From the NCBI RefSeq assembly GCF_009914755.1, contig NC_060930.1: a stretch of 64,000 nucleotides of DNA; one strand, 5' to 3'. The position numbers and the translations under genes were made by a program. The notes beneath the pieces are model-generated. The model was not told the origin of the DNA and did no database searches. It saw nothing but the letters and a program-made list of their open reading frames with translations. Shown piece after piece: positions 22,937-37,852 of the stretch. This stretch comes from the human T2T-CHM13v2.0 reference genome, Homo sapiens. Each line of letters starts with the position of its first letter. The first letter of the stretch is position 1.

Positions 22937-23428
22937 TGTATTAGATTCCTGTGGCTTCTGTAACAAATGACCATAAGCTTGGTGGATTAAAGCAACAGGA
23001 ATTTATACTCCCACAGCTCTGGAGGCCAGTAGTTCAAGATCAGTATCACTGGGCTGAAATCAAGGTGTTAGTGGGTCCACTCTCCTTCTAGAGGCCCTCA
23101 GGAAGAATCTGTTCCTTGCTGCTTCCAGCTCCTGGTGGCTGTTGCCATTCCTTGATCTACGGCCACATCACACCTATTTCTGTCTCTGTGTCATGCTGCC
23201 TTTTCCTCTTCTGTGTAAAATCTCCCTTTGTCTCCCTCGTATAAGGATATATGTGGTTATATTTAGGGTCCACTCAGCTAATCCTGGGTAATCTTCCCAT
23301 CTCAAGATCCTTACTTCAATCACATCTGCAGAGACCCCACCACCTGCCCCGGGCAACTTTATTTTGCCATTCACAAATTTTTGTTTTCCATTGCAGATAT
23401 CTTGGAAGAACATTTTCTACCCACTGCA
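22937..23428 (-). mobile_element. MLT1B/C/D-type MaLR LTR
   Basis: TGTATTAG...GTAACAAATGACCA...CTGGAGGCCAG...ATCACATCTGCAGAGACCC; near-TSD CTTGT/CTAGT. Confidence 0.8.
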
Positions 23429-23433
23429 CTAGT

Positions 23434-23810
23434 GCTTGCCCATATTGCATTCTTCCCTTCTACCTAGGCATATGGAGGACTGCACTTCTCAGGCCTCTCA
23501 TGATTAGGGGAAGTCATGTGGCTATTTCTAGGTAATGCAATGTGAATGGAAGTGAGGAGGATGCCCTTTGGCAGAGGCCATGTACAGACACTCCCTGTGT
23601 GCTCTGGCTTCTTTGGCAATCATGGTTGCCGATGCTGATATGGAGGAGCCACAGATGAAAGCATTCTGGATTGCCAGGCTACCACACTGAACATGGGCCT
23701 TGGAGAGTGGACTTTATGGGCAAGGAATAAACTTTTTTTTAGGCTAAATCACTGGGATTTTCCAGTTAATATGGTGCTGCTGTATAGCGTAACCTAGCCT
23801 CACTAACACG
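23434..23810 (+). mobile_element. Old MLT1 (H-K type) LTR remnant
   Basis: GGAGGAGCCACAGATGAAAGCA...GGACTTTATGGGCAAGGAATAAACTT...CCTAGCCTCACTAACAC. Confidence 0.55.
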
Positions 23811-24384
23811 GCATCTAACAATTAGGTTTCAGAGATATAATTTAAATCCAAGCAGTCTGACCCTAGAAACAGGCTCTAAAATTACTCATAAAAGTAATTA
23901 ACTGGAATTAAATATTGTAATTATTGAGAGAATATACCATAGGACCTGAACTTAGTTCTGGGAGATGTATGTTGACTTTCTCTCAGGGTCTTAATCTGTG
24001 TCTTGAAGGATGCCAGGAATGACTAGGTTAAAGGTGGTGGAAGTGGTGAAGGCCAGGGCATCCCAAGCAAAGAAAACACTAGTTGCAAATGACTTCCTCT
24101 GGAATGTGTGAAAATAAACAAATGTGGCTGAAAAAGAAAAGTAAGCTGGAGAGCTGTACAAAATAAATCAGAGAAGCAGGAAGGGATCTCTTGGTACATA
24201 GGCCTGCCCAGTGATCTGCTTAGCATACAGGCTTCTTAAAACAGGAGTGTCATCATCCTACCAGGGAAATGGTTCTCTGCCAGAAACTGAATGCCAAGGG
24301 GTCTTATCTACTCCTGTCCTCCTTTTCTCTTGCCCTCTGCTCCTCCCTTCTCTTCTTCTTTCCATTTAATTATGTCCCCAGCTG

Positions 24385-25350
24385 AAATTTACACACTGAT
24401 TATAAAATTTACATAGAAGGGCAAATAAGCTAAAATTGCTAAAATGAATTTTTAAAATGTGTTCTTAATTTGGAGGACTCCAGTACAGGATTTCAGTGTT
24501 TCAAGATTTGTTATAAAAGTGTGGTATTAGTGAATGGATGGACATATAGGTAAATGGAACAGAATAGAATTCAGAAATATGCCACACATATATGGTCAAT
24601 TGATTTTCAACCACAGTATAGAAAGAATAATCTTGTCAACAAATTGTGCTGAAACAACTGCACTGCCATATACCAAGGCATGAACTCTAACACATACTTC
24701 ACACTTTATGCAAAAATGAACTGAAAATAGGTGCCAGACCTAAATGTAGAACCTGACTTAACTTCCAGAAGAAAACACAGGGGAAAATATTTGTGACCTT
24801 GGATTAAGCAAAGACTTTCTTAGGTATGACACAAATGTCAAAATTAGAGAACAAATTGTTGAGTTGCACCTCATCAAAATTAAAAAAACTTTTCTTATTC
24901 AAAGAAACTGTTGAAAGAATAAAAAGACAAGTCAAAGATTGGGATAAATATTTCCATATCACATTTTTAACGAAGGACTTGTATCCAGACTATATAAATA
25001 ACTTTCAAAATTTGATAATGAGACAAAACAACCAAATAAAATTTTTGCAAAAGATCTGAACAGATACCTCACCAAAGAAACTCGGTATATAACAAATAAG
25101 CACATAAAGCAAGCAGGAAATGCAAATTATAGCCACAGTATGATACCATTAGTAGCCTACTGGGAGAGTTACATATATTTTAAAAAATGCATAATACCAA
25201 GTTAGTTTGCAAGAACGTGGACCAAGCAGAATTCTCATACACTACTGGTGGGATTGCCAAATGGTATGCCCACCTTGAAAAACAGTTTAAAATTTTCTTA
25301 TAAAGTTAAACATATCTCTGCCATACAAGTCAGCAATCCCACCCTTGGTA
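24385..25350 (+). mobile_element. Old L1M ORF2/3' fragment
   Basis: AAAATTTACATAGAAGG, AATGGAACAGAATAGA, GACCTAAATGTA, CTGAACAGATACCTCACCAAAG. Confidence 0.75.
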
Positions 25351-27818
25351 TTTTTTTTTTTTTTTCAAAGAATTACATATGTTTTAGAAGCTATGAAACT
25401 TGTAACTTCTCCTGGTTCTATAGAAAGATCTTTTCTCATCTTGATGGGAGGAAGTGAAGCCATTGTTATTTTGATGTTTCCTTTAAAGTGAAATGTAAGG
25501 CTTATGTCAGCAATCTTATGCCCTTCCACTTGCAGCAGGCAGCTTTCATTTTAATGCTAATAATGCTTATATTTCATTGCTTCTTCAACTGAGTGTCTCC
25601 CTGTGAGGACAAAAACTAGTCTTTTAAAAAAATATGCAAGCAATTCATGAAAATGTTTTTGTAGTTAAAATTACATAGTATAAAACCTAAATATCCTTTA
25701 CATGCCTTGCCCTCATCCAATCCTACTTCCCAAAGAGAGCCACTGTTAACCATTTGTTTCTATCTTTCCAGGTCTTTCTCTGTATTTGCATGTATGTATA
25801 CTTGAACCATTTAAATGGTCGTATTTTCTGTTCATAAATAATAATGCCATGTATATTGCTCTGTAAATTTTTTATTTAACAAAGTATGTAGGATAACTTT
25901 CCAACCAATACATATAGATCTGCTTCATTCTTTTTATTTCTTAGGTAATTTTCATGCATCTATAATTTAATTAACCATGCACCAATTGATAAACATTCAG
26001 GTTATTTCTATTTTTTCCCACTACATATAATACTAGAACACATATCTACATACAAAAATTTTTTTGTTACTTAGGTAAATATTTCTGTGAGATAGATTCT
26101 TAAGAGTAGAATTGCAAGAATTCACTTGATACTGACAAATTGTTCTCTTTGAGTCTGTACCAATTATATTCCCCATTAATAATAATTTCTGTTGAATTTA
26201 TTACCAGGAGGAGGATTGTAGGGTCCTAGGTTATACATATATTTATTTGAATTTATGGATGAGCTAAACCATATTCCCAAGTCGTTGCACCAGTTTACAC
26301 TCCCACCATCAGTATGTGAGGGTTTCAGTTGTTCTACAATCTTGCCAATATTTGGTATTGTCACTTGCTAAAATTTTGGCCACTATTGTGGGTATGTTGT
26401 GGTATCTCTCTTTTATTTTAATCTGCAGTTTCCTATTGACTTAAGTGGTTAACCACCTTTCCAAGTGTTCACTGGGCAGTTGGACACCTTTCCTTGTAAA
26501 GTTTCTGTTTAAATTTTTTGCCCATTTTAGAAACAAATCAGGCTGTCTTATTCTTATTGATTTGTAGGATACAAATCCTGCTGGGTGTTGCATAAATTCT
26601 CTATTCTTTTTGTTGCTGTTTTTACTGTTTTAATGGTATTTATTAATGAACAGAAGTTTTAAATTTTAATGTAACCCAATTTATCTATCTTTTCCTTTGT
26701 GAATAGTGCTATTTTTGCCACATTTAAGAAATCTTTGCCTACCCTCAAGGTGAACAAAGACATTTTCTGTTATCTTTTATTAATAGAGATTTTCTTGTTT
26801 TATTTTTTACATTGAGATCCACAATCCACCTGGAGTTAATTTCAGAGTATGGTATAAGCTAGGAATCAAAATTTATTTTATTCTCCATGAATATCTGATT
26901 CAGCCAGCACCATTTGTTGAAAAGATCATTTTTCACCCACTGTTCTGTAGTGTAATTTTAAAAAATAAATCAAGTGACTGGATGTTTCTCAACTCTCTTA
27001 TCCATGCTGTTGGTTTATTTCTCCAACCTTATGACATTATCACACTTTCTTAATTACTGAGCTGTATAGTAAGTCTTGATATCTTGTAGTGTATGTCCTC
27101 TAATTTTGTTCTTCAAAATTGTCTGATCTATAGTTGGCACTTTGCCTTTTTCGTATAAATTTTGGAAAAAGCCTTTAATTTTCCACAAAAAAAATCTTTT
27201 TGGAATTTTGTAGCAGCCCTAGTGAGATATAATCCACATATAATGAAGTGTACTTATTTAAAGGGTAATTTTATAAGTGCTGACATGTGTAATAATCTGT
27301 GAAGCAATCACCAGAATCACGATAATGAATATATCCATCACCCAGCACTTTCCTTGTGCCCCTTGATAATTCCTCCATCCTATTCTTCCCAGTGCCCTAT
27401 TGGCAGAAAACTGCTGCTATTATGGTTTACATAATTTGTTTGCATTTTATATAATTTTATATAAATGGAATCATACAGTATTTATATTTTTCTTGGTCTG
27501 ACTTCTTTCACTCAGCATACTTATTTAAGTTTCATTCATTCTGTTTTTTATCAATAGTTCATTCTTTTTTTATTGTGGAATAGCATTTCATTGTATACAT
27601 TTGTTTATTTACCTGTTGATGAACATGTTGGTTGGCTTGTTTTTGGCTATTATAAATAAAACTGCTAAGTATGTTCATGTGCAAGTCTTTTATGGACTTA
27701 TGCTTTTATTTCTCTTGAGTAAAATACTCAGAGTGGAAATGTTAGGCCATTAGCAGATACATGTTTAACTATTTAGGAAGCTGCCCAGCTGTTTTCCAAA
27801 CTGGTTGGCCATTTTACA

Positions 27819-28316
27819 TGTTAAGCAGAATGCTGGTATTAGTTATTAATCCCAGTGGAGGACTCTAAAAACATCTACTCATTGTATCTTGGCATCAGAG
27901 TTGGCAAGGAAAACAGAACACGGTCAAGCACTGAATAGAACAACACTTGACTTACATTGAGAAGAAACAGAGCAAGATCAGCTTTAATATTATGTGTTAA
28001 TTTCCCATGGCCAGTGGGTATCTCCCAGCAGCAGATGCAGGGCAATTTTCTCATATGAATCCCTCTTGTGCCACAGTAGAAGGACCCTGTCTCCTCCCAC
28101 AAGGAAGACAGATATAGCAATGGGATTGGCCGGATGCCATGTGACATACATGCTTAAGCATAGCAAAGGATCACACACTGAGCTTGCAAAAGTGAAAGGC
28201 ATTCCTACAGAAGGGAATAAGAGTAGCACAGGCCTTGTGAGCTCTTTACGTCTTGGTATCTCATGTGGCCAAGTGCGAGTCAAAAGGCTATGTGCATGAG
28301 ACTACCATTCCCAACA
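27819..28316. mobile_element. Solo LTR (498 bp, ERVL-like, family not recognised) inserted in L1M
   Basis: TGTT...AACA termini, exact 5 bp TSD TTACA (27814-27818, 28317-28321), L1 sequence rejoins across it. Confidence 0.8.
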
Positions 28317-28649
28317 TTACATCTCACCAATGGTGTGTGAGAATTCCAACTGCTCAGCATTTTCAACTGGAACATGGTATGGTCAGTATTTTTAATTTTA
28401 GACATTCTAATAGATGTGAAGTGATTTTAATTTGCATTTTCCTAGTGACTAATGATGTTAAGCATCTTTTCATGTGCTTACCTGCCATCTGTATATATTT
28501 TTGGGTAAAGTGTTTATCCAGTGTTTTTTCCAGAGTTTACTGGGTTGTTAATTTTCTTACTGTTGAGTTTCGAGAGTTCATTATATATTGTGGATACAAG
28601 CATGTATTATCAGATGCATGCTTTGCAATTATTTCCTCCCTGTTTGTGA

Positions 28650-28817
<168 letters not shown>

Positions 28818-30490
28818 TGAAGGACACAAGTTTTTAATTTTGGTGGAATCCAATTTATCATTTTTTTCTATTATCGATTATGCTTTTGGTTTTGTATCTA
28901 AAAAAAATTTGCCCAATCCAAAGTCACCAAGTTTTTTTCTACATTTTCTTCTAGAAGTTTTATAGTTTTCAGTTTTACATTTAGGCCTATGATCCATTTG
29001 AAATAATATTTGTAGATAACGTGAGGTATGGAACAAGTTAACTTTTTTCTACAAATGGTTATCCAACTTGTCTGTCTTGACACCAATGCGAGACTCTTTT
29101 AATTACTGTAGCTCTTAAGTAAGTCCTGAGATCATGTAATGTTAGTCCTCAACTTTGTTCTCTTATTTTCAATGTCATTTTGGCTATTTTAAGCCATTTG
29201 CATTCCTGTATTGATTTTAGAGTAAGCTTATTAATTTCTAGGACAAAAGCATGCTGGAATTTTGACTGTGATTACATTGATTTTATAGATCAATGTAGGG
29301 ATAATTGACATTTGAACAAAATTGAATCTTCTGATCCATAAACATGGTATATCTCTCCATTTATTTATGTATCCTCTAAAGTATTTCAGCAGTATTTCAT
29401 AATTTTTATTATACAAGTCTTACACACTTTTGACAGATTTATCCCTAAATATTTTATATATTTGATGTTATTATAAATGGTATTGTTTTATTCATAATTT
29501 CAATGTGCTTATTGCTACTATATGAAAAGATTATTGATTTTTATATTGATCTTTTATCCTGCAACATTATTTAAGTACGTATTAGTTGTAATAGGTTTTC
29601 TGAGGATGCCCTGGGATTTTCTGCATAGATAATCATATTGTCCATGAATATAAAGAGTTTTACTTCTTCCTTTACAATCTAGATGTCTTATATTTTTTTT
29701 TCTTGCCTTATTGCACTGCCTAGATTCTCTAGTGCAGTTTTGAATAGAAGTGATGAAAGTGAGCATTGTTTCTTTGTTCATGGTGTTAGGAGGAAAGCAT
29801 TAACTTTTCACTATTAAGTGTAATGTTACCTGTATACTTACAGGTAAAAATACTTTTTGTAGATGCCCTGAAAGCCTAGAGAAGAGTCTCTCCTATTCCT
29901 AATTTTCTGAGGGTTTTTGTAAAAATCAGCAATAGATACTGGGTTTTGTTAAATTCTTTTGCTCTATCTATCAAGATAATCATGTAGTTTTTTGTTTTCA
30001 GTTTGTTAATATGGTGAATTACATTGGTTTTCATTTGTTGGAATTTTGATCAGGATCTTATTAAATCTTTTAAAAAATAAAGATTAATATCTTTACAGAA
30101 ATAAGTTCTTCAACCCATGAATCTTGATAATGTTTTATATTTTCTGTATAGAGGTCTTGCACATCTTTCTTTTCCTTATTTATTTATTTAGAACCCTTTA
30201 AGAGTAGTTTGCCTACATACATGTTTGAAAACATGTGTACATATTTTTGACACTCCTTCCACTAAGTGGTAGGGTTTATGTCTCCTTCCTTTGAATCGGG
30301 GTTGACCTTAGTAACTTGGTTTTAACCAATAGAATGCAGCAGAAGTGATGCTGTGTGATTTTGCAAGCTAGGTCAGAAAAGGTCAGATCTCATCATGAAC
30401 ATTTTCTTTTAAAATTTTGACATGAAATTATATTTTATTAACTCAGCCTCTACCATGGTGCCTAGCACTAGACTCTATAAATACTTTTAA

Positions 30491-30802
<312 letters not shown>

Positions 30803-30855
30803 AACAGTATCTTATTACACCTTTAGGGATGTGATAAGACTGAAAGTAGTAGAAT

Positions 30856-30884
30856 GGGGTGGGGGTGGGGAGGGTGGGAGAGGG
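30856..30884 (+). other. G-quadruplex-forming motif
   Basis: GGGGTGGGGGTGGGGAGGGTGGGAGAGGG: six G tracts, mostly 1 nt loops. Confidence 0.6.
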
Positions 30885-32199
30885 AAGTGGAAGCAAACCC
30901 TGTGAGGGATATATTTCCCTTCCAACTCTACGTATGGGAAAACTAAGGCCTAGAGAGGTAAGTTACTTATCCATGTAAGAGGCAGAACCAAACCTCAAGC
31001 CTCCAAGCCATAACATGTTCTTCCTTCTTCACTATGCTTCTTAGAAGCAGGCACAGCATGTCACCAAGAAGTATAGGAATTACTATATTATATATTTCTA
31101 GAGGACAGGGAGTTAATTTAAATCTCAAAATATGCATGATACATTGTGGAATATGACAATCTGTCATTTTTTAAAAAGATAAAACAGAATTCAGAGAAAT
31201 ATCATTCTTACGGCTACATGTTTTAGACTATACCTCTTAAATTATCAAATTACATCCTCTGTTTTGGTAGGAATTTTCAAGATTCATTATGTTGTGCCTT
31301 ATTACTTCTGATCCAGGGAAACAATGAAGGCTTTTTGTGCCATAATTTGCAGGCCATTGATGTATGCAATTCTAAAAATTACTAATTCTCCTTTGGTAGT
31401 TGGTATATGCCAAACACTTTGCTTAGCACTTTGCCTCATATATACTTACAGTATTCCAACAAAGTAGGCAATATTACATCCTATTCTAGGTCAGGCACCT
31501 GAGCCTTAGAGAGGATAAGCAATTTGCCTACATTTTCACAGGTAGAGCAGAGATTCAACAAAGGTCTGTTTATCTCCAAGGACTGTGCTCTTAACTCCTT
31601 AGTTTAAGCAAAGAATTTTTTGAAGTTGCCTGTATAATTCATGGTGGGAATATTAGTTGTGGATATGGATAATACATGATCAGGCTTAAAACTCGTTTAA
31701 TTCTGAATTCAAAGGTAGCTGAAAATGGGACCATTCCATACCAGTTGGATCTCTGATCTCCCTGGATAGAATTCATAATTGCTTCAGAGTGTAATTCTCA
31801 GCTCTTCTCCGATTGGCTGGGTTGTCTGCAGTGAGGTACCATACCTATGTGCACATCTGCTCAGCCATCTGTAGTGTAAAATGTTGTCAATCATTGTTAC
31901 CTCAGGGAAACCATGAGATTTTAGTTTTGGAAAATTGCTGTCCTATAGAAGGATAAAACAGGATGCCAGTGGTAAAGATGTTTGAACATCATCTCTTACT
32001 TTAGATGAATTCCTAGATATATGGATTGTGGACTTATAATTTTAAAGCACATAAATAATCTCCAAGCCTATAGAAGTAATTCATTTTATGTCTACTGGAT
32101 TACTAGGTCATAAGTTTTTCTCCTTGGTGTAAACTATATTATCAAGTCTAAGAGTCATGGTGTCTCAGACCAAATGAAACTGAAGAGATATAATAAATC

Positions 32200-32466
32200 A
32201 TTCAAGAAAACAAAATACCACATATTCTCACTTATGTGTGGGAGCTAAACTTTGGGTACATGTGGACATAAAGATGGGAACAATAGAAACTGGGGACTAC
32301 TAGAGGAAGGAAGGAGAAGAGTGGGCAAGGGCTGAAAAACTTGCCCTTGCTGAGTACCTGAGTGATAGGATCATTAATACCCCAAACCTCAGCATCATGC
32401 AATATACCCAGGTAAAAAACCCAGCACATGTACTCCCTAAATCTGAATTAAAAGTTAAAAAAAAAC
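32200..32466 (+). mobile_element. L1PA15/16- or L1PB-type 3' end
   Basis: ATTCTCACTTATGTGTGGGAGCTAAAC...ACCCCAAACCTCAGCATCATGCAATATACCC...A tail. Confidence 0.8.
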
Positions 32467-33978
32467 AAGGGCAAAGAAAAATGATCTGTTCCCTAGAGAT
32501 GAATATAATGTACTGTGGAAGTTACACAAGTAAGCCAATGTTGAAAAATGAAAGGTAAGGACTATACTGATACCCATTTCCTGGTTTTAATGGTGTTCTA
32601 CAGTAATGAAAATTGATGTGTTTGGGGGAAACTGAATAAAAGGTACACAGGATCTCCTTGTACACTTTTTTTTGAAATTTCTTGTGAATCTACATTAGTT
32701 CAAAATAAAATGATTCATATTGTCTTTAAAAAATACAAAATAAATAAATTGTTCAACCCCATTGTTTGGGCACTCTGTCAGTTCTCTGATTTTGGTAGTT
32801 GTTGTGGGAGGAATGAGGGGTGGTGGAAAGGGGTATAATGAACCATAACCCTGCTGGTAATTCAGCAGTTTCTCAAAAAGGCCACCAGCTCACTCAGGTG
32901 ATAAGTCTACTAGTTGGTGATTTATTTTTTTAAAAAGCCTGAGACTCTTTCATATACCTTCAGCCCTCATCACCTCTACTGTTACCAAGCCAAATTACTT
33001 TGAATAACTTTACTTCCCATATATATCCAATCAACACAGACTGACTTTTCAGATTTATTTGAGCCCTGTATCACCTTTGCACAAATGCTGAGAATAAGTG
33101 TCCACAGGGAGATTTTATTTTAACTTCTAGTCATGACTCTCAAAACCGAAGGAACTGAACAGGGTCGTCAGGAGACCTATGGCTACTTCTCATTCCAGAT
33201 TTACACTTTGGGCTTGTTTGGATGTATTTTCATTATTTCCTACTACCTTTGTGGACAGAATTCACAGATTGTGGTTATATAAATGGAAACTACTTTTGGT
33301 GACATAATGTGACCTTCCTTCTCACACTTGGCTCTTTTCCCATTCTCAGTGAATGGGGCTGTCATCTGCCCAGTGGCTTACGCCAGAAACCTAGGAGCTA
33401 TCCAGATATCATCTGCTCTCCCTGGCTATATTTAATCCATCACCAAGTCCTTCTAATTAGTTCTCTTAAATGGCCTCCCTTGTACCCCCTTGCTCTCCTC
33501 TCTTATCAGTATTCTCCACACTATAGCCAAAATAATACTCATAAAGTTATCTGTTCATGTATTAATTAACCTCACAAATATGTTTAGTGCCTGTTATGAG
33601 CAAGGGATACAGTGGGGAATGAGACAAACTTCTTCCCTCATGAAAATGTAAAACAAATGGTATTGGGCTCCTCCCCTGCCCACCTTCCTGCCATTTTATG
33701 TTAAAACCATTTGATAGATTTCTAGCTGTTCTTAGGTTAACATCTTTCCAATGTCCTTCATAATCAGGTCTCTCTCTATCCCTATAGCCTCGCCTTTTGT
33801 TAGCATTCATGTCACTCTAACCACCCTGACCTTGTTTCTGTTCTTTAATTATGCCACTTGCTCTGCCACCTCAGGACCTTTGCATGTGCTGTACATTTGG
33901 ACTAGAATGCTTTTAGCCTTTGCCACTTCTCATCAACTCTCAGATACCAGTCAAATGTCTCTTCCTCAAGAAGCCATC

Positions 33979-34578
33979 CAGATTCAACAGACTGAGGTCA
34001 CATTATTAAATTCTATGCATCCATGGTACAATAAAATTTTTTTGTGTGGTAGTCATCAGAATTATTATTGGAATTAGTTGATTAATGACTTAATGCTGAT
34101 CAGTGCATTGTGCTCATGAGTCTCAGAGAAAAAAAACAAAACAGATGTCAGAATCATTACCTAACAGGAATTGGGAGGAAGGCAAGGAGGCTCATGTTCC
34201 TTTCATGTCTTAGTAAAAATCTGTATTGGCTAAGATTAGTTTGGGCTGTGACTAAAACTTCTCATGACAGTGGCTTGAACGAGACAGAAGTTTGTTTCTC
34301 TCTGATGTCAACACTGGGAGGGAAAGAGTCCAGAATTGTGTGCTGACTCTGCCCCACAGAGCAGGTTTCTAACCTAAGAAGGCCTTGGGAATCCAGGCTC
34401 GACCTTGTAGCTCTGCCTTGCATAGCCTTCATTGTCATGGTCACTTCGTGGCCCAAAATGGCAGATTCAACAGATTGAGGTCACATTATTAAATTCTATG
34501 CATCCATGGTACAATAAAAATGTTTTTGTGGTAGTCATCAGAATTATTATTGGAATTAGTTGATTAATGACTTATGCT
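33979..34578. repeat. ~118 bp direct repeat pair (33979-34097, 34462-34578) flanking ~365 bp
   Basis: CAGATTCAACAGA(C/T)TGAGGTCACATTATTAAATTCTATGCATCCATGG...TTGATTAATGACTTA present twice, about 95% identical by eye. Confidence 0.92.
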
Positions 34579-35914
34579 CCATGGGTTCCCCACCAGTCTT
34601 TAAGCTCTGTGGGTTTTTTTCTCACCATTTGTATCCCCAGAGGCCAGCAAACTTCATGGGATAAAAGTGCTTAAAATGATATTTTTAAAACAAATGATTG
34701 CTTGAACAAATGGACAGACTGAGTCTGAGTAGCTGCGATCATGGTGCTGCACCCATTTGTGTGAGCATGGTAGTATGATGGAGGACCCTTGAGGATAGAG
34801 AGATGTAGTGGCTGGTGGTGCCCAGAGTAGGGCATAGTCTAGCAGTGGCTCTGCTTTCAAGATGGCACTGTGCTGTAGCAGCTTGAGTCACGGAGACAGA
34901 GGGTACACAACATGTGCTCTTGTTTTGCAGCAATGTAGCCATGTGAATTCCAGACATCTTCCCAAACTGGGCTCAGGGCCTGTAAGGACTAGTGGGATTC
35001 TCTTGCAGCAAGAACTGCAGGTGTCTTCAGTGGAAACAGGGGCTGCTGGGGACCTCCTGCTTACCTTTTCTCTGCAAGGGAATGTCCTTCTTGGCTCTGA
35101 GCTGATCCCAGTGGAGGAGACAAGGTGGTAGAGGCAGGATGTTTTATTCTTTTCTCTGTGCTGCCATACTGGGTTTCTGTGCTCTGTGGGGATTTCTCCA
35201 CAGCCTTGCTGAACTCTAGTGCTCTCCTTCAGAAACTCTATTTGAATTTTAGTTGCTTATTCATTGTTTCTTTATTTTTCTGTGTTGGCATGGGTACCAG
35301 GCACCTGTAGTCAATCATCTTGCTCTTGGATATATTCTTGTTTATAGATTTTTCAATAACTCTGAGAGATAAAATATTTTGGAAAAGAAATTTAAATCTA
35401 TAGTGTTGGGAAAATACTATAGCTTTTGATCACTGAAAAGTCATTGTTACTTTCAGTAACAATCTTTGAAGTGATTTTTTTAAGATTTAAGAATTGGTAT
35501 TGAGTTAATAGGAACTTGACATTTTCTCGAGAATATTTTATTTGCTACTGTAAGGTGTTCCTGTCGTAAATAATTTCATGTGTTGTAACATCTGCTTTAG
35601 TTTATGTCCAAACATTGAAAAAGCTAATTTCTTATCCTTTTGCAAACAAGTCAGGAAATACCCTCTCCATGACCTCATCTGCCATGGACAACCTTTCCTC
35701 TGGTCTTGGGGAGTGTTAGGCAGAATTTAATGTCTGTGCTTGAGTAGTATAGTATAAACAGCAACAAATCCTTATGGATTGATTGATTATTCCTGAAACC
35801 TCTAATATAGTCAGAACAGTTAAATTATGTTCTGCACTTTGGTTCAATGCTTACTAAGTCTAGTTCATGGCTTTTAAACACTTGTTTCCTATTTAGATTC
35901 TTAGCCCAGTGCAT

Positions 35915-36070
35915 TAGAGCAGAGAATCTTGAACTTTAAAGTGCACATAAACTGCCTGGAGGTTTTATTAAAATTTAGTTTCTGATGTAGTAGCTCTGGG
36001 GTGGGGCTTGAGTGTCTTCATTTGTGGCAGGCTCCCAAGTCAAGGACTACACTTTGAGTAGCCAAGGCCC
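35915..36070. mobile_element. MER5-type DNA transposon remnant
   Basis: TCTTGAACTTTAAAGTGCACATAA...TGGGGTGGGGC...CACTTTGAGTAGC. Confidence 0.6.
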
Positions 36071-37852
36071 TAGATTCTGAGAGGAGAAATATACCAAAAG
36101 CTGTGTTGTAAGGAACTGGGACAGGTTATCAAGGGACTTGTTGATTCTTCTTCCTTGGAGAATTTATGCATTAGCTATATGACAGTCTGACAGAAATGTT
36201 TTAGATGCACCTTTCTCTGGAGGTTGGGTTAACTAAATGACCTCTGACATTTTATCACTCTCCCTGTAGTTCTGTGATTAGATTACAAACTACTGTGGGA
36301 AGTGTTCCATAAACATTTATGTGCCCACACAGTACACAGCATTCTACCAGGTTGTTGACTAATTTCAAATCAATAGATTTCCAATATTGTAACATTTTTT
36401 GTTAAGAGTTCACTGTGATATTAACTGGCTGAGTGAAAGGTAAAACCTCTATGAAATTTTGTGATTTTATTTGACAGTAACATTTATTTTACATTAAAAA
36501 TTGACTTTATAGTATTGAGTAAAATGTGTTTTTAGATGTATAATAAAGTATCTGTGACATGTGAAAATATTAATGCATATCTATATGTTAGCATTGTAAT
36601 TGACACAGAGGCAAAATGTCCAAAGAGCAAACTCTTAAAAGTATCAAACAGAAAACAGCATAATATATGCAAGTATACCATAGAATTAATAACAAGGTGA
36701 TATATAACTGATCACTCACTGTAAGTTACTTCTCTTACCCCTCCGCAATTTGTATCCTCCCTCAACCTAATTTATCCAGAATCAGGGTATTGCAGAGAGC
36801 TGATACAAGAGAATTCCAGTTTTCATCATTGATGAATAATATTGATGACAGAAATGTATAGTGGCATAGGAAGAGAGATAACAAAGGATAAATCCTTTTC
36901 CTCCTTAAGAATTTCAAATAATGTTGGAGAAAATATGTGCTTATATGAAACCACTTGTGAACAATTTAAAATAATACAGTACAGTGGTTCTCAAAATTTG
37001 GTCAGTATCAGAAACACCTGGAGAACTGGTAAAAATACAAAAATCCAGGACTTCCCCTACTTCAGTGAGCCTGTGTTCTTGATTGTCTCTCAGGGAGGAT
37101 TCTGATAAGACTGTGAACCACTAGTATAATAAATACTTGGTTGCTAATTTACAAGGCAATTGAGATTCGAGAGACAGATGGGTTAGGACAATGGGAGGAG
37201 GCTTTGTGGGGGAAGGCTTTTTTGAACAGTATGGGTAGACATGGAAGCAAGAAGAAGCCTAACTTGTTAGGAAAAGAAAGACCTACATGTCTGCAGTAAA
37301 GGGCACAGGTGAAAGTGGAAGAGATGAGGTGAGAGAGATGGGCCAGAGAGTGAAGGGCATGGTCTGACCTGCAGGTTATAAAGATTGCTGTGCAATTTTG
37401 TGCCTAGAAATAGGGAGCCAGGTTAATATTCTGTGGATACTGGTTGGGCAAGAAAGAATAAAATCATGAACCAAGGCTGTGAGAAGAGAAAGGAAGAGAG
37501 TGGGAGATAAAAAGGAGTCAGTGCAGTATGGAGGGAAATTGCCCAGGCTCCCAAGTGGAACAGACCTGAGTTCAAATTCTTTCTTTGTTAAAAATTAACT
37601 GTGTGGCCTTGAGCGAGTGACTGAACCCCTCCAAAGCTGTTTCCTCATATTTAAAATGGGCACGATAAACACTCCAACATTCTTAGAATGTAGAAATTTA
37701 TGAGATACTCTATTTAAAAGACCCGACACGGTGCCCAACATGTAGGATTTATTCAATAAATGGTTTCTATTATTATTAGAGAAAATACAAATTGGGGCTC
37801 ATTGATGGCAATAGCGCATATACAAGGCAGAAGAAAAAAGGATGGTTTTAAG

